A stretch of 64,000 nt of DNA from a virus, in IMG/VR virus record IMGVR_UViG_3300027733_000001; one strand, given 5' to 3'. Positions 15,411 through 25,996 of the stretch are shown piece by piece; position 1 is the first letter of the stretch, and each line of letters begins with the position of its first letter. A program made the position numbers and the translations under genes. The notes under the pieces were generated by a model. It was given only the letters and a program-made list of their open reading frames with translations, was not told where the DNA came from and did not search any database.

Positions 15411-18072
15411 AGTTCCAGGCAGTTTCTTTTTCGAACACTTTTTCCTTACCCTTCCAACGATCCATAATAGCTAGCTCACAGCCTACGTTATCGCCTGTAG
15501 CCAGCTTTGTCTGGTGACAGAAGACATGCTTCAGGACTTCCTGGATATAATTATCTTTGCACAGGTCTTTGTGTACTGCCCAATAGCCTGCATCATGTAC
15601 AGTATTTATCGGGTAGATATACTTCATCCACAGTCCTTCCTTTTTAAGGACGTTTTTCAGATTTACCGAAGCCTCCCACATGAACCAGGCAAGTTCACTA
15701 GCTACAGGGAAAGCCAGGCTCTCATTCATCCATCCTGCAAGGATACCGAAGTTATCAGTGGACTCATAGTTCAATACAAGCCCTCTAGCATTCGTGATAC
15801 GCTGATTGTTTTTTACTTCATTCGTGCATCTATCACGATATTGCATATACCTCTTATATCTGCCCCAGGTTTCCAATGCATACTCTAGTGTAGCCAGACC
15901 TACATGTAGACCGTTCTCTGCATAGATATCAGCCTGGATAGGCATGGCGGCAAACTTCAAACCGGCAGTATAGGACACCCTGAAAGTAATACTTTTCGCG
16001 ATAACATACTTACTCACGTCTTTTTTAGTGAGAGTGTGATCGTTAAAGTATTCTCGCATCTTGGTCTGATGGAAGTTGCCTGCTCTAATGTCATGGATGA
16101 AATCTTCATCCTGACTCAGAAACGCCATAATCGCCAAGTCTGCCCCGGCGACGTCAAGCTCACACCAATGATAGTCTGGACTACCTGTGCAGAATATGTT
16201 CCTGATGTTCTTCGGTAGTTTATGCTCCAGCTTTTTCTGTTCGTCACTATTGAGTTTTCCATATCCAGGTATGAAAATATCTGGAATATAGGCCAACACT
16301 TTCGAGGCAGGATTTTGTACATTAGGACTGCTACTCGCCCTGAAGTTCTTCAAGCATTCAAAGAAGCTTGCATGTACTTTACCGTCATTACATATGGCCG
16401 CCCAATAGCTCTGCTTTAACGGCTCATCCATGTCCTCGTCAAGGTCACTATCAGTGTCTAATACCACACCTTTCCTGCTGAGGAACTTTGTGGCGAAAAC
16501 CCCTAGTCGACCCACACTGAGTAACAACTCAATAGCTTTATATACTGCCTGAACAGGCTCATAGTCAGGCTCTTTATCTAGTAGCTCCTCTAACTGGAAC
16601 TTAATAGTGGCCAAACTTTTGCTGTTTGTGCTTGGAGCATACATCTGTTGTGTTTGAGGCTTTTGGTTGTCGTACCAGGCCTTGCTTTTTGGACTTTTAC
16701 CTGCCTTTGTATAATAGGCAGGCTCCACATTTAAGACCTCAAACAGCAGGTGTTTCTTCTGTGCAGAACTATTCGGATTAAAGTCCTCAACATTGAACCT
16801 GTCTTTCAGATAGTCTACCAGCGTCTTCTTTAGCTCCTCGTATTTGACGCTGTACTTCTCTGTGATATCGTTCAGCACATTTTTATCTACAGCTATACCT
16901 GTCAACTCCATGTCTGTGAAGTAATGGGTTAGCGGCAGATAAATATCGTAGTATACGGACTTCAGGTGTTCGGGGAACTGACGCATCATTCTAAGACACG
17001 CTTCTCGGTGACTCACAGCGTCACCAGCGCAATAGTAGTAGTAGATCTCGGGCTCCAGGAACTTCATCTTGGCCAACTCACTCTTGGCTAGTTTATGTTC
17101 CTTCATTTTCCTGTTTAGCGCTGTGTAGTACGGAGGGTAGTCTGTAAACATCTTGATACCTGTCTCCAATCCTTTACTCAGACGACTATCAAAAAACGCT
17201 ACAGCCTTCATGCCGTCGAAGGCCAGCGTTTCGTCAGGAAGTTTGAACCCTCTGTGTCGCAACCTAAGGTCGTCAGCACGGATATTCCAGCCCAGTCTCT
17301 TTGCATCAGGATGCTCTAGCAGAAGCTTCATGGTGTCTAGAAGCTCTCTATTCTCTGTGACTCCGTCCTTGCTGATATTCAATACTATCGCCAAATCTTT
17401 CTGACAGCAGTACTGAAACTCGTACATTACTTCATCATCAGTGAATTTGCTACCGAACCACTCAGCGTCATAACCTACAGTAAGCATTCCCTTATCTATG
17501 TACTGCTGCAATATTCTAGTATTTTCAGCAGGGTCATCGACAATGATATACTTATACTCCTCGTATTTCAGGTTGTTATCCAGTACCCGTTTTGCGAGGA
17601 GAAAGTTCTCTCTGAACTCAGGACGTTTTGTAGGGTCCATCGCCACCAGCATACCAGGCGCATAGTTAGCTAGCACTTTGCCGTACGGGGTGTCGGTAAC
17701 TTCTCCAATATAGTCTCCCATCTTTATATTAGAGCGCATGATACGCTTGAAGACTTCTGCACCTAGAGGAATAATGAGTTTTGGTTTAATTGCCTCAATC
17801 TCTCTATCCAGCTCCTCGCGCCATTCCTCAATGTCTTCTGCAGAAGGCTTACTCTTGCTACCTATGCCGTGCTTGACCATGCCTGTGAAATGTACATTTT
17901 CTAACGGAATACCTGCGGCATTCAGTGCATTGTGCACTTCATCGGCAGCAAAGCCTTTCTTACCAAAAGCTCTGGCTTCCAGGTCGTCCTTATTAGGATG
18001 ACTGAACACTATCAGAAGCTCTGGTGAGCAGCCTTCAGCTACGGGTGTTTCTATCTTTACTTTAATAGCCAT
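15379..18072 (-). CDS. polA: family A DNA polymerase with an N-terminal UDG-like domain and a 3'-5' exonuclease domain
   Basis: ExoI YDAEW, ExoII NIRAD, ExoIII YCAGD; SSPNVQN; motif A LDVAGADL, motif B AKSITFRVSY, motif C VHDA. Confidence 0.92.
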   Translation of the reverse strand: MAIKVKIETPVAEGCSPELLIVFSHPNKDDLEARAFGKKGFAADEVHNALNAAGIPLENVHFTGMVKHGIGSKSKPSAEDIEEWREELDREIEAIKPKLIIPLGAEVFKRIMRSNIKMGDYIGEVTDTPYGKVLANYAPGMLVAMDPTKRPEFRENFLLAKRVLDNNLKYEEYKYIIVDDPAENTRILQQYIDKGMLTVGYDAEWFGSKFTDDEVMYEFQYCCQKDLAIVLNISKDGVTENRELLDTMKLLLEHPDAKRLGWNIRADDLRLRHRGFKLPDETLAFDGMKAVAFFDSRLSKGLETGIKMFTDYPPYYTALNRKMKEHKLAKSELAKMKFLEPEIYYYYCAGDAVSHREACLRMMRQFPEHLKSVYYDIYLPLTHYFTDMELTGIAVDKNVLNDITEKYSVKYEELKKTLVDYLKDRFNVEDFNPNSSAQKKHLLFEVLNVEPAYYTKAGKSPKSKAWYDNQKPQTQQMYAPSTNSKSLATIKFQLEELLDKEPDYEPVQAVYKAIELLLSVGRLGVFATKFLSRKGVVLDTDSDLDEDMDEPLKQSYWAAICNDGKVHASFFECLKNFRASSSPNVQNPASKVLAYIPDIFIPGYGKLNSDEQKKLEHKLPKNIRNIFCTGSPDYHWCELDVAGADLAIMAFLSQDEDFIHDIRAGNFHQTKMREYFNDHTLTKKDVSKYVIAKSITFRVSYTAGLKFAAMPIQADIYAENGLHVGLATLEYALETWGRYKRYMQYRDRCTNEVKNNQRITNARGLVLNYESTDNFGILAGWMNESLAFPVASELAWFMWEASVNLKNVLKKEGLWMKYIYPINTVHDAGYWAVHKDLCKDNYIQEVLKHVFCHQTKLATGDNVGCELAIMDRWKGKEKVFEKETAWNFEKSTWEWKA

Positions 18073-18073
18073 A

Positions 18074-18544
18074 TTAAGTTTCCATACCGTCGAAGGAGAG
18101 ACATCCTGCGACAGTGTCTATGATATAGTTTCCGAAGGTTAGTATTCCATCCCGAGTAAAGCACAATGTCTCTTCAGGGAAATCTACTAAACGCCCAACA
18201 TTAGCTATATCTGCTTCTGGAGCGTATTCGTGAGGTACAAGACCTAATAGTCCTGAGTCTACAGTATAATTACCGCCCAGTTGATCTGTATAGCCGCCAT
18301 CTCCACAATGTGTAGAGAACGATAATACTTTCATTCCGTTAGGCAGCGCTGTGTAATGTCCATTGAGTGTACAGTCTAACGCTGTAGTCGTTTCCTGTGC
18401 GCCTAGCGATTTATATTCTTCGCTTTCTAGCGCACATGCCTGTAAATAAGCAGACCAATCAGCACTATCAGTGATTACATAGCACGGATCAGTCAGCCAG
18501 TATTTTCCTGGCGGTACAATGAACGAACGATATACATTTTTCAT
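18074..18544 (-). CDS. conserved phage hypothetical protein
   Basis: PGKYWLTDPCYV, THCGDGGY and VDSGLLGLVP motifs. Confidence 0.7.
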   Translation of the reverse strand: MKNVYRSFIVPPGKYWLTDPCYVITDSADWSAYLQACALESEEYKSLGAQETTTALDCTLNGHYTALPNGMKVLSFSTHCGDGGYTDQLGGNYTVDSGLLGLVPHEYAPEADIANVGRLVDFPEETLCFTRDGILTFGNYIIDTVAGCLSFDGMET

Positions 18545-18546
18545 AT

Positions 18547-19962
18547 CTATACTAGTGAATGGAATCCTGTACCCGGGGAAGGTAGGAAATCCGTGTTTTT
18601 AGCTGGGATATTTTCAAAATTGCTTTTACCCATCTTTTGTTTCTTGTCCGCAGTTTCCTCTTTTGAGCGGGCTTCGGCTCCTTTTTCCTGATACTCAAAA
18701 TTCATAAATTCCAGCTCTGCTAGATAGTCGAGACGGAAGTTTTTTGCGTGTCGGGATTTTATGGAGAATATACTGACTATACTGTCCTGAGGACTGTCGC
18801 GACCTATAGCCAAAACCATATCTGCAGGACGCAGAATGCCTTTGAAGCCACTGATCTCGTCGTTACTGAACGACCTCTTCATCTTTCCCCCTGCCTGATG
18901 AAGCAACCACACACTGAACATATGTTTACCACCTATCAAATGGTTCGATAAATCATCCACCTCAAAGGCTACTTTACTATATCTTTGCCAGTCTGCATCA
19001 AACTTAGCAGATGTGGTGAGATAGTCCATCTGATCAATATATACCAGGTCTGGATGCCAGCCTTTTTCCTCGTAAAGCTGATCAAGATAATTGGCTATAT
19101 ATTGTGCTGTGACTGGTGCAGCACTACGTAAATCATGCACTTTTAAATGTTCAGCAGCCAGTTTATCGTCTTCTGTTCTGTTTGCATGAGCTGTCCTAAG
19201 ATCTTGTTGCGCGAAAGTGCAGCCTCTATGTAGAGAGGTATACGGTATTCGATACAGGTTGCTATATATGCGGTTGCAGATGTTTACCGCAGGCTCCTCG
19301 ATACTCAGATACAGCACATTTCTTTTCTGTCTGGCGTTTTGTATTGCACTATATGTGCCCATGGCTGTTTTGCCGCTGCCTGAGTGTCCTAGAATTATCC
19401 CGTATTCCTGGTATCCTAGCCCTTGAGCAACAGCGTCAACCATGCCAAAACCTGTACCCATGGTTTCTCGATGCTCTACGAAAACCAATTCCTGCAGAGG
19501 GCAGTACTCTTTGATACCTTCCGCAGAATTTTTAAGGTCTAGATCGTTTACCAGCTTCGAAGCTGCACTAACCAGCTCCCTAGGGTTATTGGCTTTATCT
19601 ATTTTTAGAGTTTGGAACCTTCTGAACGCTATAAAGTCTGGTAGGTTTTTTAAGACATACTCTGCACCCAATGGTACAGCATCGTCATATAGGTATTCCC
19701 AGAACCCTAGTACTTGCGACATATCAGAAATGCCGCTTCCTCGTTTAGATAACTCCGGTTTTACCTCAAGTAAACATACCTGAGGATTGATAGGTGCATA
19801 GCCTATCTTCATAGCTGCAGCTACAAAAGCGTTGTAGATATTAAGTGTACCGAAATCCTCAGGTACGACCTTGAGATCTATAGCCTTCAGCATCACGCTT
19901 CGATCCCTATACAGGCATTTTATAACCAGCTCAATATATTCTGCTTCGTTGTATTTTTCCAT
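18547..19962 (-). CDS. dnaB: DnaB-like replicative helicase
   Basis: Walker A GHSGSGKT, YLSIEE, VYIDQMD, LLHQ, ADMVLAI, KSRH. Confidence 0.88.
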   Translation of the reverse strand: MEKYNEAEYIELVIKCLYRDRSVMLKAIDLKVVPEDFGTLNIYNAFVAAAMKIGYAPINPQVCLLEVKPELSKRGSGISDMSQVLGFWEYLYDDAVPLGAEYVLKNLPDFIAFRRFQTLKIDKANNPRELVSAASKLVNDLDLKNSAEGIKEYCPLQELVFVEHRETMGTGFGMVDAVAQGLGYQEYGIILGHSGSGKTAMGTYSAIQNARQKRNVLYLSIEEPAVNICNRIYSNLYRIPYTSLHRGCTFAQQDLRTAHANRTEDDKLAAEHLKVHDLRSAAPVTAQYIANYLDQLYEEKGWHPDLVYIDQMDYLTTSAKFDADWQRYSKVAFEVDDLSNHLIGGKHMFSVWLLHQAGGKMKRSFSNDEISGFKGILRPADMVLAIGRDSPQDSIVSIFSIKSRHAKNFRLDYLAELEFMNFEYQEKGAEARSKEETADKKQKMGKSNFENIPAKNTDFLPSPGTGFHSLV

Positions 19963-19963
19963 A

Positions 19964-20530
19964 TTAGCCGAGTATTCTATCTATATCCATCCCTCTTCTT
20001 TTTGCGAAATCTATAATTTCCGATGTCAGCTCTTCCCTAGCAATATGCTTATATTTAGCTATCACGGGCTCATACCTGTCAGGCGTAGATAAAATTCTGA
20101 ACCATGCGAAAAACTTCAAGCTAGAGTTCATCAGCACTGCACCAGAATCTTCTCCATTTCTGATATAGATCATCGCCAGGGATTTTTGCTGATTCCATAT
20201 ATCTTCAGGTTTTATAGTGGCATTGGTTATTTCCACTACATAAGTACTGGGTTCTTTTTTCCTGTTCTCTAGAAGATGTATGGCTTTCGGTCCCTGCAAA
20301 TGCATAGGGGCAAAAAACTCGCGCTTGTCACCCATCATATCATACATCATCTGCACATATGAGCCTGCATCTAACTCATATTGCTTACATAGAGTCGCTG
20401 CGTTCTTGAACAGCTTGTCTTCAGCGGTGCTGTTGCAGTATCTAAAATTTTTCAGCGACAGTCTTTTCTTTTCAGAGTAATGATGTATTAGGTCTTCTAT
20501 CAGTCTTGGATCAGTTTCTTGAATATCCAT
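19964..20530 (-). CDS. hypothetical protein between primase and helicase (start moved to ATG 20530)
   Basis: Coupled to both neighbours. Confidence 0.65.
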   Translation of the reverse strand: MDIQETDPRLIEDLIHHYSEKKRLSLKNFRYCNSTAEDKLFKNAATLCKQYELDAGSYVQMMYDMMGDKREFFAPMHLQGPKAIHLLENRKKEPSTYVVEITNATIKPEDIWNQQKSLAMIYIRNGEDSGAVLMNSSLKFFAWFRILSTPDRYEPVIAKYKHIAREELTSEIIDFAKRRGMDIDRILG

Positions 20531-21431
20531 GTTCTTGTTTGATGATTTCTTGGAGCTGTTCCGTAGTGGTGTCGTCTGGAGATTCAAACCCATATTTTCG
20601 CAGGTCGATGTTTACACATTTCCTACCGTTAGATTTGAACTCTTGCTGAATTTCTCTAGCCAGCTCCTGTGTCTTGTCTTCGCCGTCAAGCACCAGAGTG
20701 ATTGTGCGCCATTCTTGGATCAGTTGTTTTTGATTGGCTGAAATACCTTTCCCCAGTGTTGCAACAGCGTTTGCCAGCTTCAAAGCCTTTTTTACACCCT
20801 CTACAACCACCACATCCTTATACTGTCTCGCGAAATGGTAGTTGAAAATATGATCCCCTTTAGGGAACAGGTGCATATAGCGCATGAATTGAAACCTGTC
20901 GCCGTTCCATGTACCTGGTATGAAACGTAGCTGCCAGCCCGCATAGCTCTGATCTTTACCAAAAATCGGGAAGAACAAACTGTCTGCGGTATTCACTGTG
21001 AACCCGCTGTCGAACTCAATGTTCATTCCTCCTGTAGATGGAATGTAGCGAATACCTAGACTATCGTAGTAGGCAGTATTACTTAGGTGATCTTTGAGCA
21101 TGAACTGCATTACTGGGCGGTTTTCAGCAATAGAGCTCAATTTAACTGCCTCATTGTACGGCAGTATTTTAGCATACTTATATTCTACTTCCGGGCTGTC
21201 GTCAGCATTGTCACGCTCAAATATAACACCTTCTCCTAGCAGCTCGGCTATAGGTATAGTTTCCTCGCATATAAAGCAACGGCTTTCACTCCAGCCGGGG
21301 CTCAAATAGCGTTTCATTTTTTTGCCGTTTTTGGGATCGCAGGTGGGGCAGGGGATTCTGTAACCCCCTCCCGACACTGCTTTAACTTTCCCAAACTTAG
21401 TCTTTAGCAGATCTCGAACTCTTTGATTCAT
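20511..21431 (-). CDS. DNA primase (Zn finger plus TOPRIM)
   Basis: CPTC...CFIC Zn finger; GWQLR; VVVEG; VLDGED; SPDD. Confidence 0.8.
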   Translation of the reverse strand: MNQRVRDLLKTKFGKVKAVSGGGYRIPCPTCDPKNGKKMKRYLSPGWSESRCFICEETIPIAELLGEGVIFERDNADDSPEVEYKYAKILPYNEAVKLSSIAENRPVMQFMLKDHLSNTAYYDSLGIRYIPSTGGMNIEFDSGFTVNTADSLFFPIFGKDQSYAGWQLRFIPGTWNGDRFQFMRYMHLFPKGDHIFNYHFARQYKDVVVVEGVKKALKLANAVATLGKGISANQKQLIQEWRTITLVLDGEDKTQELAREIQQEFKSNGRKCVNIDLRKYGFESPDDTTTEQLQEIIKQEHGYSRN

Positions 21432-21675
21432 CTTCGATTAGTTCTAGTAATCCCTCCCGAAACTTTCCATCAGTGAGATAATATATGTCATTTATTTCAG
21501 GCTCTGGGTTGCGTTTGTAATCTGGATGCACTCTCCAAGCATTGCTTAGAATTTGTCCAAGCCTCAGATATGGTCTCTCTACCCAATACTCACGCAAAGC
21601 GGCCATAGTATGCTCAACGTTTTCTAGGTTTCTCCTCAAGGCTTCTGCTTTCTCTTCTTTGGCACACTTGTTCAT
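21397..21675 (-). CDS. hypothetical protein
   Basis: PYLRLGQILSN motif common in small phage proteins. Confidence 0.65.
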   Translation of the reverse strand: MNKCAKEEKAEALRRNLENVEHTMAALREYWVERPYLRLGQILSNAWRVHPDYKRNPEPEINDIYYLTDGKFREGLLELIEDESKSSRSAKD

Positions 21676-23135
21676 TTTTTCGTGTAGTTGTTCCAGTCGA
21701 TCTGTTGAGGACTGTCTACGATTTTAACTGTCCAGCCCTGCTCTTCGTAATACTTTATACGCTTCTTGGCCATACCTTCGAGCATAGCATCATGGTTATC
21801 CATGAAGTCTACAAGCACGAAATGTGTTTTCGGAGGGAGACTATAGAGGTCCATATATTCTTGTGTCAGAATACGGCTACCTCTATAGGCTTCCTGCAAT
21901 ACTTCCACTTTGCTGGTTCCTCCGCTTGCCTGCACAACAACCCTACAATTAGGGATGTCTACGCCTGCCCTGAAAGCATCACTAGCTATAAGTATCTGGA
22001 ACTCATTATTGCTGAATTCTTGGATAGTCTTAGTCTGCTGCTTAGAACTTAGCGCGAAAGCACCGACCGCCTTCTTGCTGCTTTCCCTGTGTAGATATCT
22101 CGTGTCTGTTGGCATATACTTGAACATGGGTATGAGATGATCCTGCACATGATCAATAAACACAATTGTCTGCCATTCCTTAGGTATTAGCGCGCAAGTT
22201 CTACCTATCAGCTCGTTGCGCTTCTCGCACTTCTTTAGGTTATGCTTGAATTTGCTTTCGATGCTTGTGTAGTTTTCAGCTATCATGTTTTCAGGCATGC
22301 GTACCATATATACCATGCCTGGCACAACCGCACCAGCGTCCTGCGCTTCCTCGTAAGGGAAGTAGATCAAGTCTTCACCGAACAGCCCTTTCAATAGCTT
22401 GTCTGAGTTGTTAAACAATCCTTCTGTGGTGGCGCTGTAACCAAACATCCTATAGGGACGCATCTGCTTCAAGCAGTTCTGAAAGGATTCTTGGGAAGCA
22501 GACTGCATCTCGTCAACCAAGAGCATCTGACACTTCTCAAGGGCACAGCTTCCTAACGACCTGAATGTAGTTATGGTGATGTCGTTACTTACGTCATGAT
22601 TACCATCTCCAACCAGACCAATATGCTTGTCCGGGAAGAATTTTTTGAACTTCTCGTACGTCTGCAGCACCACCTGCTTTAGAGGAATAGCTAGAATAGT
22701 GTTCAGTTTGTTCCATGCGGCATAGGTTATGGCTTGAATATGTGTCTTACCAAACCCGCCAGTCGCATTGATTACCCCACTATCTTCTTTGCCCTTGAAT
22801 ATCAGATCCAGGGCAGCCTCTATCTGATAGTCTCTGAGCTTGATCTGTTTGATCGCTGTCCAGTCAGGTTCAGGCATCGGTGTGCGGTAGTCCATAATCT
22901 CCACCACATCCATATTCTTATGTATCAGTTTTGTCACATCCTGATAGAAGCCTGCAAGCGTATAGGCTGCACCTTCTGAATCTGAGGCATATAACAACTT
23001 CTCAGTGAATACAGTCTCTCGCTTGAAGTTCTGCGTCTTCATCTCCCTGTGATGGTACTTAAGGAAGCGATGCAAATATATAGGACATGGGGAGATCTTT
23101 AAGCCGCCATCGAATCTAGTCAGCTGTATTTTCAT
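21672..23135 (-). CDS. superfamily 2 helicase (UvsW-like)
   Basis: ATGGFGKT, LVDEMQ, GYSAT, GVDIP, QAYRGSR-type motif VI. Confidence 0.88.
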   Translation of the reverse strand: MKIQLTRFDGGLKISPCPIYLHRFLKYHHREMKTQNFKRETVFTEKLLYASDSEGAAYTLAGFYQDVTKLIHKNMDVVEIMDYRTPMPEPDWTAIKQIKLRDYQIEAALDLIFKGKEDSGVINATGGFGKTHIQAITYAAWNKLNTILAIPLKQVVLQTYEKFKKFFPDKHIGLVGDGNHDVSNDITITTFRSLGSCALEKCQMLLVDEMQSASQESFQNCLKQMRPYRMFGYSATTEGLFNNSDKLLKGLFGEDLIYFPYEEAQDAGAVVPGMVYMVRMPENMIAENYTSIESKFKHNLKKCEKRNELIGRTCALIPKEWQTIVFIDHVQDHLIPMFKYMPTDTRYLHRESSKKAVGAFALSSKQQTKTIQEFSNNEFQILIASDAFRAGVDIPNCRVVVQASGGTSKVEVLQEAYRGSRILTQEYMDLYSLPPKTHFVLVDFMDNHDAMLEGMAKKRIKYYEEQGWTVKIVDSPQQIDWNNYTKK

Positions 23136-23299
23136 TTCTTGGCTCGATGTATCCTTTTGCGTGTCTGAGGTTTCCGCTTTGGGCGATTTTTCTCAATCTG
23201 CTTATCTACCACCTCGACCAAGGTTTGCTTGGCGAGATCTTTTACATAGGTTGTCACCCCGGAGATAAGCTTGTCAATGAATGCGTTCTTATTTGTCAT
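23132..23299 (-). CDS. 55-aa basic hypothetical protein (not in the ORF track)
   Basis: MTNKNAFIDKLISG...RKRIHRAKK; fills the gap and overlaps the helicase start as ATGA. Confidence 0.65.
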   Translation of the reverse strand: MTNKNAFIDKLISGVTTYVKDLAKQTLVEVVDKQIEKNRPKRKPQTRKRIHRAKK

Positions 23300-23319
23300 A
23301 ATTTCCTAGCTTGTGTAGG

Positions 23320-25365
23320 CTACAGGTTGATTGTGTTGTCCACATATTCACTCAACTCACTGTGGTGGTCGATCACGATGACCTGTTTGAATTTGCTGCT
23401 TTTACCGAGAGTTTTGATGATCTCAAAATACTTCTTGGCGTTTTCGTTATTTAGACCGTAGCTACCTTCGTCAATAACCATGAATGGGAATGCCCCTACA
23501 AACATATTGTGGAGCGCCAAACGTAAGCTAAAGCCGACCATTACCTGCTGACCGCCTGATATACTAGGCAGAAGCAGCCCTTCTTCATTGTAGATATCAA
23601 TGCCGAACGTTTCATTTACCTGCGCAGTGTACGGGAATTCGAAGTTTTGAAGAACATCGTTCATATACTCTGTCACAGTGCTGCTATAGGTCTGGATCAG
23701 TGCTCTCGGGAACCTTCCTGTATGGAACAGGTCGTACACGCTTTTTAGTACGTGCACATATTCCTTACGCTTATTATTTTTCTCAATATACTTGTTACTG
23801 TCTTCGATGTCCTGCTTCAACATCTTAAGTTCTTGCTTTTTAGTAGCGATCTCTACTTCGACATTTTTCTTATTCTCGCGCAGAGTTTGAAAGGCTTGGA
23901 TTTTTTCTCTTATTTCTGCAACTTCAGCCTGATACATAGCTATGTCTTTATCGTAGCTGGGTTGCCCAGCCAGTGTAAGCTTTAATCGCTGAAGCTCATT
24001 TTCAGCAGCCTTTTGATTTTCTGCTGCAGCTTTTGCCTTGAGTTCAAGTTCGGTATACTTGTCTACCACACCTGCCCACAAGTCATATTCGCTTTGATCG
24101 AATTGAACATGTTTAATTGCATCGAGGGATGCATCGATTTCAGCCAGCTCTGATTTGTATCTATCGCTTTCTTGCTTTGCCTGCCTACCCTTACCTATCC
24201 GAACCCTTAGGAGGTCCATTTCTTCTAGCAGCTCCTGATGACTGCTCACCAATGGTTGTTTTTCACTGGTGAGATGAGCAATCAGCTTTTCTGGATCTAT
24301 ACTTGATCCGCAGGTTGGACATGTATCGCCCTCGAGATTTGTATGATAGTTTCTAATCTTAAGATCAATATCTGCTATCTGCTTGTTTTTTAGGTCAGCA
24401 AGAACACGGTATCCTTGGTCCTTTGTCTCAAGCTCAGCAAGCAAGGCTTCTTCCTTTTCTCCAAAGACTAGCTTCGGAACAACTAGCGCTGCTTTTTTCT
24501 GCGCATATGCGAGCTTCTTATCATATAGAGGCTTGCTTGCCTTTAGTGTGGCGAGAGTGTTTCTGTATGTAGCAATATCGATAGCTTTTAGTTTTTCATC
24601 GTACCTAGCACATGCATCTTGCGCATCGACTAGCTTACTTTCAGCTATCGGCAACGCTGCACGAATATTGCCTGTCAGCTTCTCAGCGTCTTCAACACTC
24701 TTTAAAAAAGCCTGCCGAGACACTAGCGAAGTATATACCTCTTCATCTACAATCAAACCATTCGACTCTTCTGTACTAAGTCTGATTAGTTCTTCCACGC
24801 ACTGCATATCGCTTCGAAGAACTACCATGTCTTTGACAGGGTATTCTGGAGGAGCGTCCTTAATATAGTTGTTCCAGATAATATCTCTGACCTTGGTGGT
24901 ATTAGGCACCATGAAGATTTTCTGAAACAGTTTCTCTTTCGTGGCACTGTCCCCATTGAAGAGAAGGGCTATCTCGCCCTGGTTACTCACGATCACATTC
25001 TGTACGATATTCTTATCGATCTGAAATAGCTGATTCCAGATGTCATTAACCTCGCTACTTTTCTTGTAGGTCTTTCCGTCGTATATGAAGTTTACCTTGG
25101 CCGTGTCGATGTGTCTTTCTAGTACAGCCTCTTTACCTTCGATGATCAAGTGACCGATAACATAGCCGCTAGTCTGTCCAACTGTCAGCATGTCTTGTTT
25201 TGTTTTGCCGTACCCCTCACCTGTTAGAAGAAAGATTACTGCCTCAACAATACTGCTTTTACCTGATCCGTTCTTTCCAATAATTCCTGTTACTCCTGTA
25301 GGAAAATCAAAGGCCGCGTTTTTGTGTGTTCTGAAATTTTTGAGTATTAATTTTGCGATTTCCAT
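23320..25365 (-). CDS. sbcC: SbcC/Rad50/gp46 ATPase
   Basis: GKNGSGKSS, coiled coils with a CPTC zinc hook, ISGGQ, VIDEG, IDH. Confidence 0.92.
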   Translation of the reverse strand: MEIAKLILKNFRTHKNAAFDFPTGVTGIIGKNGSGKSSIVEAVIFLLTGEGYGKTKQDMLTVGQTSGYVIGHLIIEGKEAVLERHIDTAKVNFIYDGKTYKKSSEVNDIWNQLFQIDKNIVQNVIVSNQGEIALLFNGDSATKEKLFQKIFMVPNTTKVRDIIWNNYIKDAPPEYPVKDMVVLRSDMQCVEELIRLSTEESNGLIVDEEVYTSLVSRQAFLKSVEDAEKLTGNIRAALPIAESKLVDAQDACARYDEKLKAIDIATYRNTLATLKASKPLYDKKLAYAQKKAALVVPKLVFGEKEEALLAELETKDQGYRVLADLKNKQIADIDLKIRNYHTNLEGDTCPTCGSSIDPEKLIAHLTSEKQPLVSSHQELLEEMDLLRVRIGKGRQAKQESDRYKSELAEIDASLDAIKHVQFDQSEYDLWAGVVDKYTELELKAKAAAENQKAAENELQRLKLTLAGQPSYDKDIAMYQAEVAEIREKIQAFQTLRENKKNVEVEIATKKQELKMLKQDIEDSNKYIEKNNKRKEYVHVLKSVYDLFHTGRFPRALIQTYSSTVTEYMNDVLQNFEFPYTAQVNETFGIDIYNEEGLLLPSISGGQQVMVGFSLRLALHNMFVGAFPFMVIDEGSYGLNNENAKKYFEIIKTLGKSSKFKQVIVIDHHSELSEYVDNTINL

Positions 25366-25619
25366 TATAGGTCTTCTTCAGTAGTTGTTTTTGTGACCAG
25401 AACTATTTTGTATTCTTGTTTTCCTTCCAGTGTAGGGTGCGACTTACTCAGATATCTCAACCTGGCTTCGGCACGCTCTAACGCTTTTTGCTGACCACCT
25501 TCTTCAGCTGCAGAGAAGGTATAGGTAAGATTAGGGAACGTAGTACCCCATCCATATTGTGCTGGATTTCTTTCGTCCAGCACCCAGCGGGAACGCAACT
25601 GATAGCTCGTTTGTATCAT
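25365..25619 (-). CDS. hypothetical protein
   Basis: Tightly packed ORF. Confidence 0.6.
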   Translation of the reverse strand: MIQTSYQLRSRWVLDERNPAQYGWGTTFPNLTYTFSAAEEGGQQKALERAEARLRYLSKSHPTLEGKQEYKIVLVTKTTTEEDL

Positions 25620-25996
25620 AATGTACTATTGATTAGTTCGCAGCACTCTCGATAAGAGGCCTGCAACTCTTGCACATACTCCATCTCCATTAAGTTATTT
25701 TCGATAGATGCTCTGTAACGAAGGTTACTATACACCTCGAAAAATTTTGCAGCCACCGTGGTATAGTCTTTGTGTCCTCTTTTCAACCACCCAGGCGGCA
25801 GACACAAATACGAATCGTTCACATATAGCGGCATCGGCAAACCATAATGCAGAAGCAAGTCCTGCATATCTTGATGAGAAATAACTCTCGTAAGTTCTGT
25901 TTCGCCTGTGCGCCAAAAACTATTATTTATTCTCTGTTCTGCCTCAGCTAGTAAGTGCAGACATTCTTCCCTAGTCTTCGTCATCATCATACTCAT
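25616..25996 (-). CDS. hypothetical protein
   Basis: Tightly packed ORF. Confidence 0.6.
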   Translation of the reverse strand: MSMMMTKTREECLHLLAEAEQRINNSFWRTGETELTRVISHQDMQDLLLHYGLPMPLYVNDSYLCLPPGWLKRGHKDYTTVAAKFFEVYSNLRYRASIENNLMEMEYVQELQASYRECCELINSTL

